A stretch of DNA of 63,272 nt, the filler included, from Welwitschia mirabilis (Eukaryota): assembly GCA_051453625.1 (NCBI GenBank). It is 5 parts of one record of this genome, joined end to end, with 100 filler letters (N's around TTAATTAATTAA, not from the genome) between each part and the next. Parts side by side here need not be neighbours in the genome. Positions count along the whole stretch, not along the records: positions 47,972 to 59,653 come from JBOZIK010000001.1; positions 59,754 to 63,272 come from JBOZIK010000001.1; 3 more parts are not named here. One strand, 5' to 3'. The position numbers were made by a program, and so were the translations under genes. The notes under the pieces were generated by a model. It worked only from the letters and a program-made list of their open reading frames with translations, had not been told where the DNA came from and did no database searches. Below are positions 51,401 through 63,272 of this stretch, piece by piece (position 1 is the first letter of the stretch; each line of letters starts with the position of its first letter).

Positions 51401-54281
51401 AAATTTATATTCTCAAATCTCGTTTTAGAAGGTTAAAAATTATGATGGTTTGTTTGAAAATTTTTAAAGTTGGATTGTCCACTCATCCTAAGTTGAAAAT
51501 TGTTGTGGTTTTAGACTTAACTTTGGTTTTGGTATTTGTTAGAGTTTAAGGACATTTGGTTGAAAGAACACACTTCCTCATAGATTTTTTCTTTGTAAGT
51601 TGAAAGCAAAGAACACCCTTTTATAACATAATAGTTATCTTCGCATAAATTACAAGTAGGAGATACAACTACACTCTTTTTATTTACCACCTTTACATAT
51701 AAAATCATTTGTATGTATTTTTTTGAAGTTAAGGTAAAATTCTTAATGACATTTATTGGTTAATTTTCTATTTTTATTTCTTCTTTTTCTTGTTTAACCT
51801 CCTTAAGATATTTAATGATTTAAACTACAATTTGGTTTTCTCTAGATAAGGGTTTAGGTCAAGTTTGACTCACTTCTACCAAATATTCCAAAACTTTTTA
51901 AGCATTTTTCAAGATAAGATTTAATAAATTTTCTTCACATAAAAGTTTAACTAGTTGCTTTATTGACTATCTAGTCTACTATAATAGTAGTTTACTAATT
52001 CTTCTTGAGAAAAAGCATCTACAGGGTTTGAATGTAAAGCAACAAAAAAATATCTCATACTTAAAGGCATAATCTTCATTAGGAATTTGTTGCAAGTTGG
52101 TTATTTCTTTCTTATGTTTTTTAATGATGGTTTCACACATGAATCTTTTAATGAAGGCTTTCTAAACTCGACTTTATAACTTTAAACTTTTATAAGGAAT
52201 TTCTTTTAATCAAAGTTTAACCCTATCTTTTAAAGTGTTGAGAAATATAATAATGTAAGTTCTATCACTTATTCTTTTTTTACTATTTCTTTAAGTGAGC
52301 ACTATTTATTCTATATCGACAACTTATTGTAAAGGGCGTTTTCAAGTTCATCACTAAAAATAGGATGGGTATTTAAATTTCTAAGTTTAATATAATTATT
52401 GGAAGATAAATCAAAAGGGGTTTGAATTTTAGATGTCTTACTAGTGATTAGATCTCTAAAGATGACATTGACATTGGTTTGAGTAAGGACAATTGTAGGG
52501 ATTCCATTAATAAGAGGTGGATTTGGCAAAGTGGATTACTTTTGATTTTACTACAAGCTAAACATGTTTGAAAATTGAAAATTATCATTGATATAATTTG
52601 TTGAAAAAATTTCTGTTATAAAATCAGACTTCGAAGAAATAAAATTAAAAATTTCTAGAATTTTTAAACTTTGCGTAGCTTTGTTGTATGTATCCATGTT
52701 ACTTTCGAGGTTAATCAAACCTTCTGTAATATTTTCCTCTATGAACATCCACTCTCTCTAGTATTTTTATATTTTACAAGATTTTACCATACATGCTGAG
52801 TTTTTGATGCATAAAGTGTTATTCCTACAGTTGTCTAGATGATAGTTTGGATGACAGAAATACAAAATATAAAAAATGTAAAAAATAGAAATGTGAAATT
52901 AATAGATATAGAAAACACAGATTATAGATAGTCATTTACCTAAATCATCTAGATAATAGAACGGATGATAAGAAAAACCCTAAAAATTTTGAAAAAAGAA
53001 CTAAAATCTAAAAATGTGAGGCATAGAGGTAATTATCACTGCATGTCGTCTAGACGATAAAGCGAATGACCAAATTTTTATTATAGAAAAAAAAGAGCTA
53101 AAACTTATAAAATGAAAACCTATACTACTACAACTAAAAACACAATGCTACTAAAGGGAAACATCCAAATGGAGATCCAAATACTTACTAAAACAATTAC
53201 AACTCTTAAACCCTAAGTAGCCTTTCCCAATAATGGCGCCAAGGTGTTGTAGTGCATATTTATGCAAATGATTTAAGCTTAAGAAGATCTAGTCATTCAA
53301 AAATAAAATAGATATCTATATACATGATACACTAATATAGATGGGAGTTTATTTGAATGTCATAATCTATCCAAGGCCTAAGATAAAGCAATAGAATTGA
53401 TTTCTATAAGAAACACTTTGTATCCTATCAACAAAAATAAATTGCAATGTAGAAAAATACAGTGGAACATAGTTATGATAAAGATTGCCCTCATAACCTA
53501 TACCACTTAAGAAACTATCACTAATATAATAGAAATATAAGCTATAAGGGTTAAGAACAAATAAACATAGAAAATGAAAAATAAATCTTTATATTACTTA
53601 AACCACATCCATGTTATAAAGTAGCCATACCTTAATGGAGGAAGCACAGTCAAACACCAAGGAAGATCTCTCTCTGTAACTACAAGGATGGATCTTTAGT
53701 TCTTCAATTTCCTCTCATGAGAATTTTCTATGCAAGCAAAGATAAAATAATGTCAAGGATGAAATTGATACTTGTTAATATAAACACAACAATAAGACAG
53801 ACAGATAGACATAGGTATAACCCTAATAGCCATGTCAAAAGAACATATAAATAAGTGGTAGGAGTTAGGTGAATGTTTAGTGGAATATTATAACAGATGT
53901 CATCCCAATGATCATTCAAATGATATAGGGGATGATGACATCTCATAAATAATCCACATCACTTCCAGATTAATCACAATTAGCATCCTCATTGACCTTA
54001 ACTATTCTATCATCTATAGTATCATCTAGATGATGAGGTGGCTGATGAGCTTTAACGAGTATTCCTTTAATGCATCAGTTTTAATGTTTGCAAGAAATCT
54101 ATCTTAAAAATAAGAAGTATTATAAACTTCTCTAAATGCTATAAAATGTTATGAAGATTATATGTTTTTATCTCTTTCATCTCAACTATCTATGGTCATG
54201 GAAATCTAGCATATACTATCTAATATCTTGCAAAACCACTCAAAATACCCTATCAAATATACATAAGTTAGCAGCATAATA
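48439..54281 (-). mobile_element. Athila-like element: RH/RT remnants 48439-~50000, protease ~50350-50800, gag to ~52750, PBS 53224-53241, 5' LTR 53245-54281
   Basis: NYTTIEKEMLPIIF..LRHYLL (RNaseH), degenerate RT (FMDD read as IMYE), LIDIGASVNIM, PBS TGGCGCCATTATTGGGAA. Confidence 0.88.
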
Positions 54282-55298
54282 ATGGGTTATTGGATAAAAG
54301 TATGAAAGTTATTTTTAAAGTTGTATATTATCATAGTAAATCTTTATCTAAATCTTAATCAAATAACACTACTACTGATGAAGAAATATTAGCCATAATA
54401 TTTTGCCTCAATAATATGAGATACTATCTTTTAGGCTTTGATGTGAATGTTTATACCAATCATGTAGCTATTAGATATTTAATGATCAAGAAATATTCTA
54501 GTGCTAGACTTATTAGATGGATTCTCCTCATATAAGAATTTAATCTTACCATTATTGATAAAGCAAGAAGACATAACAGTGTAGTAGATCATTTGCCACA
54601 TCTTTCTTCTTCTCTTAATAATCTTATGACCGATGATTCCTTTTTGGATGAATAACTTTTTGCCATATTTCATACTCATACTTCTCTTTTATATCATAAC
54701 ATATTTACTTAACTAATTACTATGGAAGCATCACAAAATTGAACTCATAATCAAAGAAAATCTTTTCTTTATAGAATAGGTAATTATGAATAGATAAAGG
54801 CACATCTTTACCATAGGTGTAAAGATCAAATCATGAGGAAATGTCTACTTGAATGGGAAAAATTAGATATATCTCATCTTTATCATGGTAATAATTCTAG
54901 AGATCATTTTAGTGCATAGAAAATAATAATAAAAATNNNNNNNNNNNNNNNNNNNNNNNNNNNNNNNNNNNNNNNNNNNNNNNNNNNNNNNNNNNNNNNN
55001 NNNNNNNNNNNNNNNNNNNNNNNNNNNNNNNNNNNNTAATTCTAGAGATCATTTTAGTGCATAGAAAATAATAATAAAAATTCATTACTCTGGATTTTAT
55101 TAGCCTAGTATTTTTCAAGACTCTTTTGATTTTGCTAAAAGTTGTAATATTTATCAATGTTAAGGTAGTCTTATTCATTCTCATGATATGCTCCTTAAAA
55201 ATATTCTGAAATGTGAATCTTTTTATTATTGGGGAATTAATTTTATGGGCCCTATTAAACCATCTTTTAATGATAAGAATTAAATTTTAGTAGCTAAT
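54282..55298 (+). pseudogene. Gypsy RNaseH and integrase N-terminal remnant (first copy)
   Basis: YTTT.KEILAI, RWILLI*EFNL, YWGINFMGP; colinear with 55612-56485. Confidence 0.82.
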
Positions 55299-55419
55299 NN
55301 NNNNNNNNNNNNNNNNNNNNNNNNNNNNNNNNNNNNNNNNNNNNNNNNNNNNNNNNNNNNNNNNNNNNNNNNNNNNNNNNNNNNNNNNNNNNNNNNNNTT
55401 ATTATCATTTTTATTATCA

Positions 55420-57320
55420 TTTTATTTAGGATTATGCTAAAATTTGTAAACGCATTCACTTGTTTCTTGAAAAAGAAGCTAAATTTGAATGGAATAAATC
55501 TTCTAAACTTGCTTTTTGAACACTTATGATAAAATATCTTCTATACCCATAGTAATAAGACCCAACTAGAATAAAGATTTTTAATTAATATGTGATACTA
55601 GTACTATTATTATGGGTGGGGTTCTTAAATAAAACTATGAAAATGATTTAAAATTTATATCTTACCATATCAAAACTTTATCTAAAGCTTAATTAAGTTA
55701 TGCTACTACTAAGAAAGAAATGTTAGCCATAATTTTTTGCCTCAATAATTTTAGATACTATCTTTTAGGCTTTTATATGAATGTTTATACCTGTTATGAA
55801 ACTATTAAATACCTCACAAATAAGAAATATTTTAGTACTAAACTTAGTAAATAGATCATATTCATGTAAAAATTTAATATTATCATCATGAGTAAAGTAG
55901 AAAAACATAATAGTGTAACAGATCATTTGTCACATCTTTCTTCTTCTCTTGATGATTTTATGATTAATTATTCTTTTTTGGATGAACAAATTTTTATCAT
56001 ATATTCAACTCATCATCCTCCTTTATATGATAACATAGTTAATTATCTTGTTACCATGAAAACACCATAACATTAGAGTTATAATTAATGAAAATCTTTT
56101 CTCCATATAATAAGTGATTATGAATGGATAGAGCCATATCTTTATCATAGGTGCAAAGAAAAAATCATGAGAGAATGTGTGCCTAAATGGGAAAAATTAG
56201 ACATCCTTCATCTTTGCCATGGTGACATTTGTAAAGGTCATTCTAGTGGATATAGAATAGTAATTAAAATTCTTCACTCTAGTTTTTATTAGCCTAGTTA
56301 TTTTTTAAGACTCTTTTAATTTTGCTAGAAGGTATAATGCTTGTTATTGTTATGGTAACCTTATTCATTCTCATGATATTCTTTTTAAATCTATTATTGA
56401 ATGTGAACCTTTTAATTATCAAGGAATTAATTTTATGGACCCTATTAAACCACCTTCTAATTATAAGAATTACATTTTAGTGGTTGTTGATTATGTTATT
56501 AAATGAACTAAGGCTATTCCTACTATTATAAATGATGCTTAAACTTTTGTAATTTTATTAGAACTCATATTTTTCAACATTTTGATTTTTTTAGAATTAT
56601 CATTATTGCTCAAGAAGCTCATTTTATTAATCATCTTTATAGAAGACTTCTTTTATCTAATGGAATTGAACATAGAGTAGCTTGTGCTTATTATCTACAA
56701 ACTAATAGTCAAGTTAAAAATGCAAATAGATAAATAAAGAAAATTCTTAAAAAATTTATTTTAATTAATAAGAAATCTTGAACTTCTAAACTTAATGATT
56801 TCTTTGAGCTTGTCATGCTACTTGACGTTATTCTCTTAGTTTTTCACTTTATAGACTTGTATACAGAAAAGTTTGTATTTTATCAATTGATGTGTATTAT
56901 AACTCTTATTATTCTTTCCATTAATTTAATCCTATAGACCTTAATAAAAATCTTAAAAATATATTAGCCTAACTTAATTACTTAGATGAAAAACTTACAT
57001 ATGCGATACATCATCAAATTGTTTACAAATCCTAAACTAAGTTTAAACATGATAAAAAGTTACTTCATAAAAAGTCTAAACCTGGTTAACTAGTTTTTTT
57101 GTATAATACTAGAGTGTATTTTTTACATAAGAAGTTAACCTTTAAATGGTTAGATTCATATCTTATAGAGAAGTTACATTCTAATGGATCCATTTATATT
57201 TTTAACTTAGATACTAAGGAGATTCAGAAAGTTAATGGATAAAAGATAAAAATATACGAAAATATTTTTGATGCAACCTTGAACATGATAGAAGAAATTG
57301 TCTTGGAGGTTCTCCTTAAT
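55420..57320 (+). pseudogene. Gypsy RT end, RNaseH and full integrase remnant (second copy)
   Basis: CDTS, YATTKKEMLAI, HLCHG..GH zinc finger, YILVVVDYV, AYYLQTNSQV, GPY/F-like KWLDSY and KVNG. Confidence 0.88.
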
Positions 57321-58650
57321 AAGGAGAATTTCCTTCCTAACATTGTCTGAATTCTCTCTTCGTAGATTCTTTTAGTGAATGTTCTAATATTACTTGATCA
57401 TCTTTAGCTTGACTTATGCATTTGCTTTATGAAGTTTCCATAACTAGTATACGTACTTGGGAATTCTATAGTGATAAGATTAGATTTAATCTTAAGATAT
57501 TTACATGTCTATGAATTTATATTTAAATGAAAATGCCTTAGTTATTCTATTTTACTTAATGGCATAAGGTCTTTAGTTATTTAGGTGTGTTATTTTCTGT
57601 CTTTCATTCCACTTCTTCACCTCTATCTTTTTTAGTATGGACATGTGGGAATTAATTTTTAAAAACGAAAAAGAGAATAAGGATCATAATCTATTGTATC
57701 TAAGATAAATACATAGTTATCATAATGTCTTACTATAATAGGGTAAATTTTTATGAAAGGAACTTTGGTAGTATTGATAGTTGTGGGAACTCCATTGGGG
57801 AGTCTGTTGGCCATGCTTCGTGTGTCCTTACTTCTCAGATTATGATTATATTCCCCTCATCATAAAAACTAGTAATAAAACTCTAATTCTCTTAAATTAC
57901 TAGTGTTCCTAGTGTCATTAAAGAAATTCCATATTTTCTAGACTCTTAGTATTCCCACATGATCATTTCACTTTTAAGTATTAGTGTGTATTTTAGGATG
58001 TGAGTAAATGAGTTCATTTTTGAGAAGCTTTTGATCTTATCACTTATTATTTAGAGCACTTGATCTCTAGTGCTATCATAATTAATACCTTTTTGAGTGA
58101 GACTTTATGGAGTTAATAAATTTTATTATACATCTTTACTTAGGTGTCTTTATGATGTCTTTCAAGGGGGTTTGTAAGGTTAAATTTAGAATAGGTACAC
58201 TAACTTCTTCATGTTACTAATTTTCTATTTTCATTTTATTTTTGTTTAGTTGTTTGGTTTGTTATTTGAAAGTTATTTTTGTACTTTTTTATCATCAGTT
58301 TTAGGACTTTATCATTCAGTAGCTTCTTTATTGTTATTTTCATTTTTACTTGTGTTATTTTATCAATAAAAGTTGACTTTATTTTAGCATTTTGATTAGA
58401 GGATATTATTGATGATTTTTATAGCATTTCTTTGTAGTCTTTTAGAGCTCTATATATTTCCATGATCTTTTTTTTGGTTGGAGCACATTTTTTTAGTCTT
58501 ATTTATCATGATTTATCCTATCTAATACATTTTCATTGTCCTATATTTCGATTCTTTGAGTTTTACTAATTCCTCATTCTTATTCATCATGATTTTTGAT
58601 AAATTCTGATACCTTTATGATTTTAGGTTACATATACTCTGGTTTTTATT
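57321..58650 (+). mobile_element. Athila-like 3' UTR; no env ORF and no 3' LTR visible
   Basis: Colinear with 41870-42061 plus 46771-47400, and with 61066-61560 (minus). Confidence 0.7.
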
Positions 58651-58654
58651 ATTA

Positions 58655-59653
58655 TGTTTGATGTTTATCTTAATGGTAATTTATTATGAAGCTCTATCTA
58701 TAAACTTTAAATATTTTGATATTTTACTATGTAATTAAATCCTGTTATAATAAACGTAGCAATTGCATTTTTTTTTGAAAATAATAAATAGAGTAAATTA
58801 CCATCTCATTTNNNNNNNNNNNNNNNNNNNNNNNNNNNNNNNNNNNNNNNNNNNNNATATATATGGCATGAAATTAGGAGGAGAAAATATGATGTTTCTC
58901 ATTACTCTCTAAGGTTTATAATTATTCATCTATTTTTATTTCTTCCTTTGTCATTGATTTCAAAGGGAGGAGAAAAATTTAGTACTACTAGTATTTTTAT
59001 TATTGTTTTTTGTTTTTTTTACTATGGTTGTTGTATGGTTAATGAATTAAAAACTACTTTTACTCTTTGTAATGATCAATTGTAATTCCTTTATAGAATA
59101 CTACATTTATACATTTTACACTTAGTAGCTAGCTCTTTATTAAAAGCAATGAATGTTTTATTATTTGCAAGATGATCATCAAAATTCCTATTACTATGAT
59201 TTTTGATTAATAAATATTTTATTACATGGTAATATATAAATTTTTTTATGGCATACCATTAGGAAGAGTTTCTACAAACATTTCTATTAGATTGATAAGC
59301 TTGTATCTAATCAAATATAATTTGTGATCAATGTTAAAGGGAGAGATTGATAAGTTATATTATCAAATTAATGTCAAATTAACATACTTGGTATAGTTTA
59401 ATATGTTCTAAGTATTTTATATTAATAAAGTTTTGTAGGATAGAAGAAAATTAATATTTTTTAGTAGATCTTACTCTTGTCTAAAAAATGTTCAAAATTG
59501 ATAAGGGGTTAACTAAACTCCATAAGGGATCAACTAGACTTGGATAAAGGTAGTTGAACAGATTCCACTAAGAATAAACTAGATCCTAGACTAGGAAAAA
59601 TATAAAACTTATGAGTGGTCATCTAAACTCTATAAGGGATCAACGAGAACTAG
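58655..59653 (+). mobile_element. Family B SIRE 3' part: UTR, PPTs and 3' LTR start at 59348
   Basis: 58670-58762 matches 45055-45140; AAAGGGAGAGAT|TGATAAG junction; the LTR matches 20600-20900. Confidence 0.82.
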
Positions 59654-59753
59654 NNNNNNNNNNNNNNNNNNNNNNNNNNNNNNNNNNNNNNNNNNNNTTA
59701 ATTAATTAANNNNNNNNNNNNNNNNNNNNNNNNNNNNNNNNNNNNNNNNNNNN

Positions 59754-60965
59754 ACTAAGTTAAAATATCAGTTTGGTGAGCTATCATTTGTTTATGTTAT
59801 CCTATGCTTATTCTTCTTATTTTATTTTATAGTTGGATTAGTTATTTCCAAGTCATTACTGTATTTTCTTAGCATGTTTTCCTTATTCAAGTTTTCAATA
59901 AAAGATAATTTCTTTCTTAGATAAGTGTTTTCTTTAGGTTTTTGGTGCTATAAGTACTAATCATGTTCTTTTATGATGAAACATTTTTATTTTCCACTCT
60001 TTATTTTTACTTGTCAGAATATTTCATAGATCTATATTTTTCAAATCTGACATTACTTAGCTTTACACTTTGTTTAGAAAGTTATCCTCTTTTAGTTGTC
60101 TTCTCACTCCCATCTACTTTCTTTGCTTTATTTTTCCANNNNNNNNNNNNNNNNNNNNNNNNNNNNNNNNNNNNNNNNNNNNNNNNNNNNNNNNNNNNNN
60201 NNNNNNNNNNNNNNNNNNNNNNNNNNNNNNNNNNNNNNNNNNNNNNNNNNNNNNNNNNNNNNNNNNNNNNNNNNNNNNNNNNNNNNNNNNNNNNNNNNNN
60301 NNNNNNNNNNNNNNNNNNNNNNNNNNNNNNNNNNNNNNNNNNNNNNNNNNNNNNNNNNNNNNNNNNNNNNNNNNNNNNNNNNNNNNNNNNNNNNNNNNNN
60401 NNNNNNNNNNNNNNNNNNNNNNNNNNNNNNNNNNNNNNNNNNNNNNNNNNNNNNNNNNNNNNNNNNNNNNNNNNNNNNNNNNNNNNNNNNNNNNNNNNNN
60501 NNNNNNNNNNNNNNNNNNNNNNNNNNNNNNNNNNNNNNNNNNNNNNNNNNNNNNNNNNNNNNNNNNNNNNNNNNNNNNNNNNNNNNNNNNNNNNNNNNNN
60601 NNNNNNNNNNNNNNNNNNNNNNNNNNNTGCACAGAGCTTTGAAGAAGGGTTTTTGACAAAAATGCTAAGCTCTTTTCAAGAAAATAATCAAAGAAGATTT
60701 TCATCCCTTTTCTCATCTCCATGATAAGCAAGACAATGACTGCTAATGTGGAATACTGAATCACTATTGATTCATCATTCTAAGTCATCTTTTCTAATGT
60801 GCTATCATCCCCATTATCATCTAGACGACAGTTCAAACAACACTAATATGTAACTAACTCTAACAGCAGCCATTAACCATTTCATCTGTTTTATTTATGA
60901 GCATGTCCAACCTCACCTATCATTTGTCTTTTTTTTTTGTGATTTGTTATAAATAAACCCTTCTT
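59754..60965 (+). mobile_element. Athila-like 3' UTR (59754-60138) and LTR fragment (60629-60965)
   Basis: Homologous to 47410-47810 and to the reverse complement of 34880-35200. Confidence 0.75.
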
Positions 60966-61065
60966 NNNNNNNNNNNNNNNNNNNNNNNNNNNNNNNNNNN
61001 NNNNNNNNNNNNNNNNNNNNNNNNNNNNNNNNNNNNNNNNNNNNNNNNNNNNNNNNNNNNNNNNN

Positions 61066-63272
61066 CATGATGAGGGGAGTGCAACCACAGTCAAAGAAGT
61101 AAGGACCCACAAAGCATGAACAACTAACCTCCTAGTGGAGTTCCCATAGCTATCACATTATACTGCCAAAGGCTCCTCTTGGAAATATTTACCCTGGTGT
61201 ACTTGTGGTAGGACATTATGGTGACCATGTTTTTGAGATATTACAAATATAAAACCTCATGGTATTTATTTCACTCTCTTCTATTTTTTTTTAAAAACAT
61301 TTCACATGATCAAATACTCCAAAAGACAAAGGTAAAAGTCATAGGATTAAAATAGAAAAGAACACTCTTAAACAATCTAGAATAAAACATCTTCCTTCAA
61401 ATTGGAGTTTATGGACATGTGCATGTCCTAAGAGTGGGTAAATCCAATCTTACCATTGAAATGCCCAAGTCAAAAGACTAATCATGAAAATAAATACATA
61501 AATCATGTTTGAAATATGATCAAGTAATATCATAATAATCTTTTAAAGGAAAAAGCTAAGAGAAAATTCGGAATTTTGCCCATTGACTTCTTGAAATTCT
61601 TAAGTGGTCAAGTCAAAAATTTCAATAGAGTCATAAAAATGTATTTTCTTAAAATAATAGAAAACAAAAATCAATATTTTATTGACTATCATCCTGGTCA
61701 TCTTATAGACAACAAAGAGGATGACAGAGGTAGAAAAATAGAAAATTATTAGAAAACATAGAAAAATATTAGAAAACTAGAAAAAATAAGAAAATTGACT
61801 GTCATCCACCTTATCATGAGGATGACAANNNNNNNNNNNNNNNNNNNNNNNNNNNNNNNNNNNNNNNNNNNNNNNNNNNNNNNNNNNNNNNNNNNNNNNN
61901 NNNNNNNNNNNNNNNNNNNNNNNNNNNNNNNNNNNNNNNNNNNNNNNNNNNNNNNNNNNNNNNNNNNNNNNNNNNNNNNNNNNNNNNNNNNNNNNNNNNN
62001 NNNNNNNNNNNNNNNNNNNNNNNNNNNNNNNNNNNNNNNNNNNNNNNNNNNNNNNNNNNNNNNNNNNNNNNNNNNNNNNNNNNNNNNNNNNNNNNNNNNN
62101 NNNNNNNNNNNNNNNNNNNNNNNNNNNNNNNNNNNNNNNNNNNNNNNNNNNNNNNNNNNNNNNNNNNNNNNNNNNNNNNNNNNNNNNNNNNNNNNNNNNN
62201 NNNNNNNNNNNNNNNNNNNNNNNNNNNNNNNNNNNNNNNNNNNNNNNNNNNNNNNNNNNNNNNNNNNNNNNNNNNNNNNNNNNNNNNNNNNNNNNNNNNN
62301 NNNNNNNNNNNNNNNNNNNNNNNNNNNNNNNNNNNNNNNNNNNNNNNNNNNNNNNNNNNNNNNNNNNNNNNNNNNNNNNNNNNNNNNNNNNNNNNNNNNN
62401 NNNNNNNNNNNNNNNNNNNNNNNNNNNNNNNNNNNNNNNNNNNNNNNNNNNNNNNNNNNNNNNNNNNNNNNNNNNNNNNNNNNNNNNNNNNNNNNNNNNN
62501 NNNNNNNNNNNNNNNNNNNNNNNNNNNNNNNNNNNNNNNNNNNNNNNNNNNNNNNNNNNNNNNNNNNNNNNNNNNNNNNNNNNNNNNNNNNNNNNNNNNN
62601 NNNNNNNNNNNNNNNNNNNNNNNNNNNNNNNNNNNNNNNNNNNNNNNNNNNNNNNNNNNNNNNNNNNNNNNNNNNNNNNNNNNNNNNNNNNNNNNNNNNN
62701 NNNNNNNNNNNNNNNNNTTTTTATTTTCCTTTATAATAACATTCATTGTAGCTATTCTTGGATCTTTAAATTTGGCTGATTTTTGTAATACTATATTTGT
62801 GAGGAATTGAGTAAAAAATACCTTGCTAGGGATAACTCATTTTTGTTTTCTTCTTATTAGGTCTTTCCATAATTTTAAATACCCTAGATTTTCTTATAAA
62901 ATTTCCAAAAGGGTAAGTTTATACTTACATTTTTTATAAAGGCTTTTAAATGATCATTGAAAGTTGAATTATTATTAAGCCTATCAACCCAAGGGATGGT
63001 TTTTTGAAAAGGATTTTTCTTTTTCTTTTTGCCAAGAGAAGGGAAGTTGTAATCAACTAATATCTCTATGTCCTATTCCTATTCTTCTTTATCATTTCTA
63101 AAGTTATTTTAAAAGGTGGATGGTTCACATGAAGGAGGGTTTGTTTCTTATCCACTTCTTGTTACAATCTCATAATATTTTCTTAGTTTATTTGGCTTTA
63201 ATAAAGGTTGTGTAGATAATGCTCTTTAAGGTCTTTGATTTGCTAGCAATGTTTGTTGAAGGATGTTGAGTA
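61066..63272 (-). mobile_element. Athila-like gag-protease-only element fragment (3' UTR 61066-61828, gag 62718-63272)
   Basis: 62718-63272 is colinear with 31905-32460. The UTR is homologous to 41300-47100. The ~890-N gap fits protease only. Confidence 0.75.

Noticed and set aside
54040..54065. CTGATGAG suggesting a hammerhead ribozyme (retrozyme)
   Set aside because: No stem II or GAAA core follows, and the motif is not conserved in the homologous LTR at ~48190.
61120..61150. Weak resemblance to the 5S rRNA 3' part (Cassandra-like)
   Set aside because: The match is short and gapped, with no A-box or remaining 5S structure.
59963..62746. Long ORFs in the ORF track (also 6705-8205, 28199-30014, 43563-44408)
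   Set aside because: Their length comes from N runs. The remaining short ORFs are TE fragments or antisense noise, and none supports a host gene.

Overview
Very AT-rich eukaryotic (almost certainly plant) heterochromatin from a gapped draft assembly. I see no intact cellular gene, RNA gene or CRISPR array. Nearly all of the window is nested, degenerate LTR retrotransposons of two lineages: Ty1/Copia Sirevirus (SIRE)-like elements (tRNA-iMet PBS, multiple AGGGGGAG-type PPTs) and Ty3/Gypsy Athila-like elements (tRNA-Asp PBS). Two SIRE-like insertions are bounded by two LTRs and 5-bp target-site duplications: 2240-13384 (minus strand, TSD GGTTT) and 42067-46765 (plus strand, TSD AGATC). The most notable biology is a set of non-autonomous families. 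Family A is SIRE-like, keeps gag-protease plus a separately promoted 3' extra (env-position) ORF, shows no IN/RT/RNaseH, and appears to sit in head-to-tail arrays. Family B is a gag-only SIRE-like family. A gag-protease-only Athila family is also present. Four artificial TTAATTAATTAA scaffold linkers and many N gaps limit long-range inferences. Family assignments come from motif recognition by eye, not database searches, and internal boundaries are approximate.
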